Origin: Octopus vulgaris
Lineage: Eukaryota
Direction of reading: 5' to 3'
DNA length: 64,000 nucleotides
NCBI GenBank assembly: GCA_951406725.2
Contig: OX597833.1
Coordinates: 7,936,001-8,000,000, forward strand
Shown here: piece after piece, positions 58,786 to 64,000 of the stretch
Numbering within the stretch: the first letter of the stretch is position 1
How the letters are laid out: each line of letters begins with the position of its first letter
Made by a program: the position numbers and the translations under genes
The notes under the pieces: model-generated
The model's input: the letters and a program-made list of their open reading frames with translations, nothing else
What the model was told of the DNA's origin: nothing
The model's database searches: none

Positions 58786-60181
58786 ATACACTATACACAC
58801 ACACACAAACAAACTGAGTGTGACGACAAAAGAAGTCTTCCTGGACATCGATGGAAATGGAGGACCATTTACACATAAGATTTCAAGCTTCTGTGTCAAT
58901 GAAACAATGTTAGGTGTTGTTCCTAACGTTATCGCTCAAGAAGTACCTTTTGCCAGGCACGATGTAAGCTCGCCTCTTCGAAGACAGTTCTGAGGCGGCT
59001 CTAATGTTTACAACTGCGAATAATAAACTAACTTTCGCATGAACAGGCGTTGAAAAACTGAATTGGTACAAGAAAAATTGTTTCTGGTATTAAAAATGCG
59101 ATAATGTCTTTCTTTGTCTTCTTATTTTACTCGTCGCAAGACCCACAAAATGGGTTGACCTTTGTGAATCATGCGTTTTCTAAACCAGAAAAATTTCGAT
59201 CTTACTTCAGACAACAATCCAAGAGCGAAAATGGCCGAAAGCTCGGGTTGCGGGCTGCATTGGAAATATCCTTTCTTTCTACAACTCCAGGGCCTTGTGT
59301 GTGTATGTGTGACTAAGTGCGTATGTATATATGTATGTATATACATATATATATAAACACGCTACTAAGATGTAAAGCACTCAATTTTCAGTGCATCATA
59401 TTTGAAAAACGGTTGTAAAGTAATGATGTTGATTCTTGTTCCCTCGTCATTTCTTTAATTTCATATTATGCTCCATACTCACCTAACGCTTTATTTTGAA
59501 ATACCATACAATACTTATTTTATAGGCCCAGAAAGAATGGAAGCCAAAGTCGACCTAAATGAATAAAGCCGGAAGAAATGGCCCTACACATTTAGTCAGA
59601 CTGTACAATGTTACAGTTTGTGGCACAGCTCCACGTTCCCCCAAACACTTGAAAATCAAGCAAATGTGAAACCGGTTAAGTATATTAATTTCAATATCTT
59701 TATATATATTCTCTCTGTGCAGTTTTAACTTCAGTTATTTCTCATATGTCTTTGTGTGTTTTTCTGTGTCTGATAGTCCCTCACCTCAACGTTTGACGAC
59801 CGGTGTTGATTTGTTTTCGTCCCTATTCGACAAGAGATCGACAGAATATGTACCAGACTTTTAAAAGAAGACGTAAGTAGATATGTACACACACACACAC
59901 TAGCACACGTATGTTATATGTGTATGCACGCATTCATCATCCTCATTTAACCTTCCTGCTCTTGCTGGCATGGGTTGGACGGCTTCACAAGATTCAGCGA
60001 ACGGCAGGGCTATGGCGAGCCCCAATATCAGTTTTGGCATATTTTCTAGATGCCCTTCCCAACTCCAATCACTTCACAGTGAGTACTGGGTGCTTTTCTC
60101 ATGCCGTGTACTGGGTGCTATATACATATATAGATTAATATGAGTATACACACGCATGCATGCGTAAGTACATACATATAT

Positions 60182-60417
60182 ATTTCTTTATTGCCCACCA
60201 GGGGGGGCTAAACATAGAGAGGACAAACAAGGACAGACATAGGTATTAAGTCGATTACATCGACCCCAGTGCGAAACTGGTACTTTTATTTATCGACCCC
60301 GAAAGGATGAAAGGCTAAGTCGACCTCGGCGGAATTTGAACTCAGAACGTAACGACAGACGAAATACCGCTAAGCATTCCGCCCGGCGTGCTAACGTGTC
60401 TGCCAGCTCGCCACCTT
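60182..60417 (-). mobile_element. SINE family M, full length
   Basis: Reverse complement of 55345-55580. Confidence 0.9.
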
Positions 60418-61041
60418 GTAAGTATATACATATATACACCCATGCATACATAAATATATACTCTCTCTCTCTCTCTCTCTCTCTCAAAAACACATACATA
60501 CACATATCAGATCTTACCCCCTGTAGGAACGAACATATTAGGAACATTTAGGAATAAATAGCCTCAGTTGGGGCAAGAAAAATCTCGATTGAATGACAGA
60601 GGGAAGTAGAGTGATGTGTTGAGAGAGAGAGAGGGAGGTGGGAGAGAGAGAGAGAGAGAGGGAGAGAGAGTGGGGAGAGGGAGAGAGAGGGAAGGAGAGA
60701 GAGAGAGAGAGAGAGGGAGAGGGGGAGAGAGTGTAGAGGACGTGGGATGATGAAGTGTGCAGAATGGCTGATGGATTACAAACATAGGAAATGAGATAGA
60801 AATTGGGTATTAAAGGGGAGGAGGGTGTAATGGTAGAGAGAAGGGTTGTGTATGGAGGGTACGAGAGCGGGTGAAGAAGGGTTAGGGGGCTCCAGCTGGT
60901 GGGAGACAAAAACCAAGGGAGACTTGGGGAGAAGTCACGGAGATGCTGAGTCTTGAGGAAGGAGATGGGACAGGTGGGGTGGGATTCTGAGTTGGAAGAC
61001 ACCTGCCCAGCCGATGACCACACGGTCACTAATTCAATGAC

Positions 61042-61837
61042 CATCATCATCATCGTTTAACGTCCGCTTTCCATGCTGGCATGGGTTGGACGGTTCAACT
61101 GGGGTCTGGGGAGCCCGAAGGCTGCACCAGGCCCAGTCAGATCTGGCAGTGTTTCTACAGCTGGATGCCCTTCCTAACGCCAACCACTCCGAGAGTGTAG
61201 TGGGTGATTTTATGTGCCACCGAAACAGGTGCCAGACGAGTCTGGCGAACGGCCACAATCGGATGGTGTTTGTTACGTGCCCACAGCACGGAGGCCAGTC
61301 GATGCGGTACTGGCTACGGCCACGTTCGAATGGTTTTCTTATGTGCCACCGGCACTGGTACCACAAAGATACAAATTCCATTGATGTTCATCTATTTTGA
61401 TTTGCACCATCCGAACGTGGCCGATGCCAGCGCCCTCTAGACTGGTTTCTGTACCGGTGGCACATAAAAAGCACCATCCGAACGTGGCCGATGCCAGCGC
61501 CCTCTTGACTGGCTTCTGTGCCGGTGGCACATAAAAAGCACCATCCGAACGTGGCCGATGCCAGCGCCGTTTGGCTGGCTTCCGTGCCGGTGGCACGTTA
61601 AAAGCACCAACCGATCATGGCCGATGCCAGACTCCCCTGGCACCTGTGCAGGTGGCACGTAAAATGCACCCACTACACTCTCAGAGCGGTTGGCGTTAGG
61701 AAGGGCATCCAGCAGTAGGAACTCTGCCAGATCAGACTGGAGCCTGGTACAGCCCCTGGCTTCCCAGACCCCGGTCGAACCGTCCAACCCGTGCTAGCGC
61801 GGAAAACGGATGTTAAACGATGATGATGATGATGATG
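61042..61837. mobile_element. Head-to-head inverted pair of a (GAT)n-tailed retroposon with internal ~67 bp tandem repeats
   Basis: CATCATCATCGTTTAACGTCCG... at left and ...CGGATGTTAAACGATGATGATG at right; ~4 units GCACCATCCGAACGTGGCCGATGCCAG... at 61404-61665; diverged fragment at ~59933-60120. Confidence 0.85.
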
Positions 61838-62134
61838 TATTTTTACTTCACTCCCTCCCTCTCTGCTTTGTGATATAATTAGGGAGTCTTTTTATGATGC
61901 TAATATTTTAAGACGAAATTCCAAGACACCATCAGATCTGATAACCCTGAATATCAAGAACCCATAAAGAGCCAACTCAGCTGCAAACAGAATAAATTAA
62001 ATTCAGACGGTCAGACAGATGTATGTATGCATGCATATACATACATATGTACATAAATGCAGATAGGTAGGTAGATTCATGTGTTTGGCATTCCAGTATA
62101 TTTACCTCAGAACTATTTTCCATGACAAAATAAT

Positions 62135-62350
62135 CCTTTCCACTAGAGGCGCAAGGCCTAAAATTTTGAGGGAAGGGTTAAGTCGATTACATCAACTCCA
62201 GTACACAACTGGTACCTAATTTATCGACCCCAAAAGGATGAAAGGAAAAGTCGACCTCGACGAAATTTGAACTCAGAACATAGCGAAGGGCAAAATAATG
62301 CTAAGCATTCCGTCCAGCGTGCTAACGATTCTGCCAGTTCACCGCCTTAC
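62135..62350 (-). mobile_element. SINE family M copy (further decayed copies at ~62380-62500 and ~62755-62960)
   Basis: TCGACCCCAAAAGGATGAAAGG..GTCGACCTCG..TTTGAACTCAG..CTGCCAGTTCACCGCC. Confidence 0.8.
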
Positions 62351-63353
62351 AAAAGCCCAAACCCCAAAATTCTGTAGCTTATAAAATGAAGTACCAGTAA
62401 AATACTGGGGCTCAAAAATTACCTGTGGCTCCCTTTTTTGTCAATCCTGGAGGGTTGAAAGGCAAAGTTAACTTCAGTAGAAACTGAACTCAGATATCAA
62501 AGACTCGTAACTCAATAATACCACAAACATTTCACCCAATACTCGAGCGTTTCTCTCAAATCACAACCATTTAGCCAGATACTCTACCGATTCCATCAAT
62601 AGTAATAATTTTTATTCTTTAATTAAAACAATCATACAAGAAAAATACCGTCTTATCAACCCCAGGAGGATGAAAAACATGTCAGAGAGACAACAGTGGG
62701 ATTTGATCTCAAAAAACACTGGGGCCAACAACAGTAATAAAAATGATAAAAATATTTGTTTTGAATTTTGGCACAAAGCCAGCAATTTGGAAGAGGCTTA
62801 GTCAAATACATCAACCATCCCCAGTGCATAACTGGTACTTATTTTATCAACCCTGAAAGGATCAAAGACAAAGTCAACCTCAGTGGAATTCTATCTGAGA
62901 ATGTAAAGAAGGAGAAAATGCCGCTAAGTTAAGCATTTGGTCCAACATGGCAGGAATTCTTGAAGAAGGAAGAGGAGGAGGAGGAGAAGAAGAAGAATAG
63001 TAGCAACAGCAGTAGTAATAATGGTTCCTTTTTATTATTATTAATAATGATGATGATGATGATGATGTCCGTTTGTTTTGTGTGTTGATGTGATTAAGTT
63101 TATGGGTGCATGCAGAAGCACACATGGGTTTGACATAGGATGACCCCTGGATATGAGTGCGAGGGTTTCTCTGTGTGTGTGTGTGTGAGTCAGTCCCAAC
63201 ACCACACACACACCAATGTCTTCATATGTTCATCAGTTAAGAGGAGTTTTCAACATCTTTGCCAATGTCCAGCATTGCCAAGGTGCCTGGCCAAATGTTG
63301 CCACTTAACAACCAGCCCAACCCAACCATGTCCTCCCTGCTGAAACTAACTAT

Positions 63354-63529
63354 TTACATTTCTTCAACACTCCACTTGTAGGCCATCTGTGCTGTGGCTT
63401 TCTTCTCTGCAATCTTGGCATACAGTTGTGTTTCGTAACCGTTCGAACGGTCCACTCCATCCCATCTGTAACCAGGCTGGATGTTGTACCTGTTAGGGGG
63501 CGCCGGGGGTCCCTTATACATTGGTTTTT
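63354..63529 (-). CDS. BUD13: Last coding exon of BUD13 homolog (RES complex subunit)
   Basis: [32 protein letters not shown]...AYKWSVEEM* is the conserved Bud13/Cwc26 C-terminus; polypyrimidine tract + TAG acceptor (AG at 63531-63530); TAA stop at 63356-63354; candidate AATAAA at 63036-63031. Confidence 0.95.
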
Positions 63530-63619
63530 CTAGAAAAAGAAATGCAAGAAGAAAAAAAGGGGTCAATTAAAAGTTTTAAAAAAATTAGACAAATTGTAAA
63601 ACAATAAAATTTTCAAGGA

Positions 63620-64000
63620 TGGAATTGTCGACATCGGAGCAAGTGACGATGGGGGTAGGTTGTTGATGCTTAAGAGCAAGGGACAGGCCTTGAACCCCAA
63701 ACCTTGTATCACACTGAGGTTGATAGAATGTCGGTTACAGACTCTTCGACCAGCACAAACCATGATTGTGCCATCAGGCAAAACGCCATTGATCAGAGAA
63801 TCAACAAATGGACAGGGCCTGAGAACAAGCCGTTCTGCCAAGAGGTTCACAGTTGAAAGTTTTACTGGCTTCCAACTCAGACATCGCCATTGTCACAAAT
63901 ATGTCCAGGACAACAGTTCACTGGTGACGCACAGACAGGACAGCGGATTGTTAGGAGATCTGGTTTTATGGAGGCTGCAGCAATGGTTACCACTAACAAG
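63620..64000 (-). mobile_element. Decayed LINE reverse transcriptase fragment in the last BUD13 intron
   Basis: HSINLSVIQGLG...LLLSINNLP resembles the INSGVPQGS..P.LFL..INDL motif of APE-type LINEs. Confidence 0.6.

Noticed and set aside
61404-61665. Regular ~67 bp repeats resembling a CRISPR array
   Set aside because: Whole units are similar with no unique spacers, no cas genes, eukaryotic retroposon context

Overview
AT-rich eukaryotic DNA saturated with microsatellites; the tRNA-derived SINE families and (TA)/(CA)/(TACA)/(TAA) load strongly suggest an octopus (coleoid cephalopod) genome (inference). Nearly all ORF-track entries are microsatellite read-through. Two host exons are supported: an Ig-domain exon resembling NCAM/Fasciclin-II (12375-12512, +) and the last coding exon of BUD13 (63354-63529, -). 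The rest is mostly mobile DNA: several SINE families, Tc1/mariner relics, Penelope-like (RT and GIY-YIG) relics, and R4/Dong-type RLE LINEs of two kinds, one embedded in very long (TAA)n arrays and one in (TACA)n tracts. The most interesting signal is a set of short, mutually dissimilar, non-coding elements sitting in or next to (TA)n tracts, each combining an inverted repeat with a type I hammerhead ribozyme fold: 8551-8590 (compensatory U3-A8 core), 23094-23154 (complete canonical fold) and 27161-27238 (one stem II mismatch), all on the minus strand, plus decayed relatives. These look like Penelope pLTR or non-LTR retrozyme-type elements. All folds, alignments and family assignments were done by eye; repeat boundaries are approximate.
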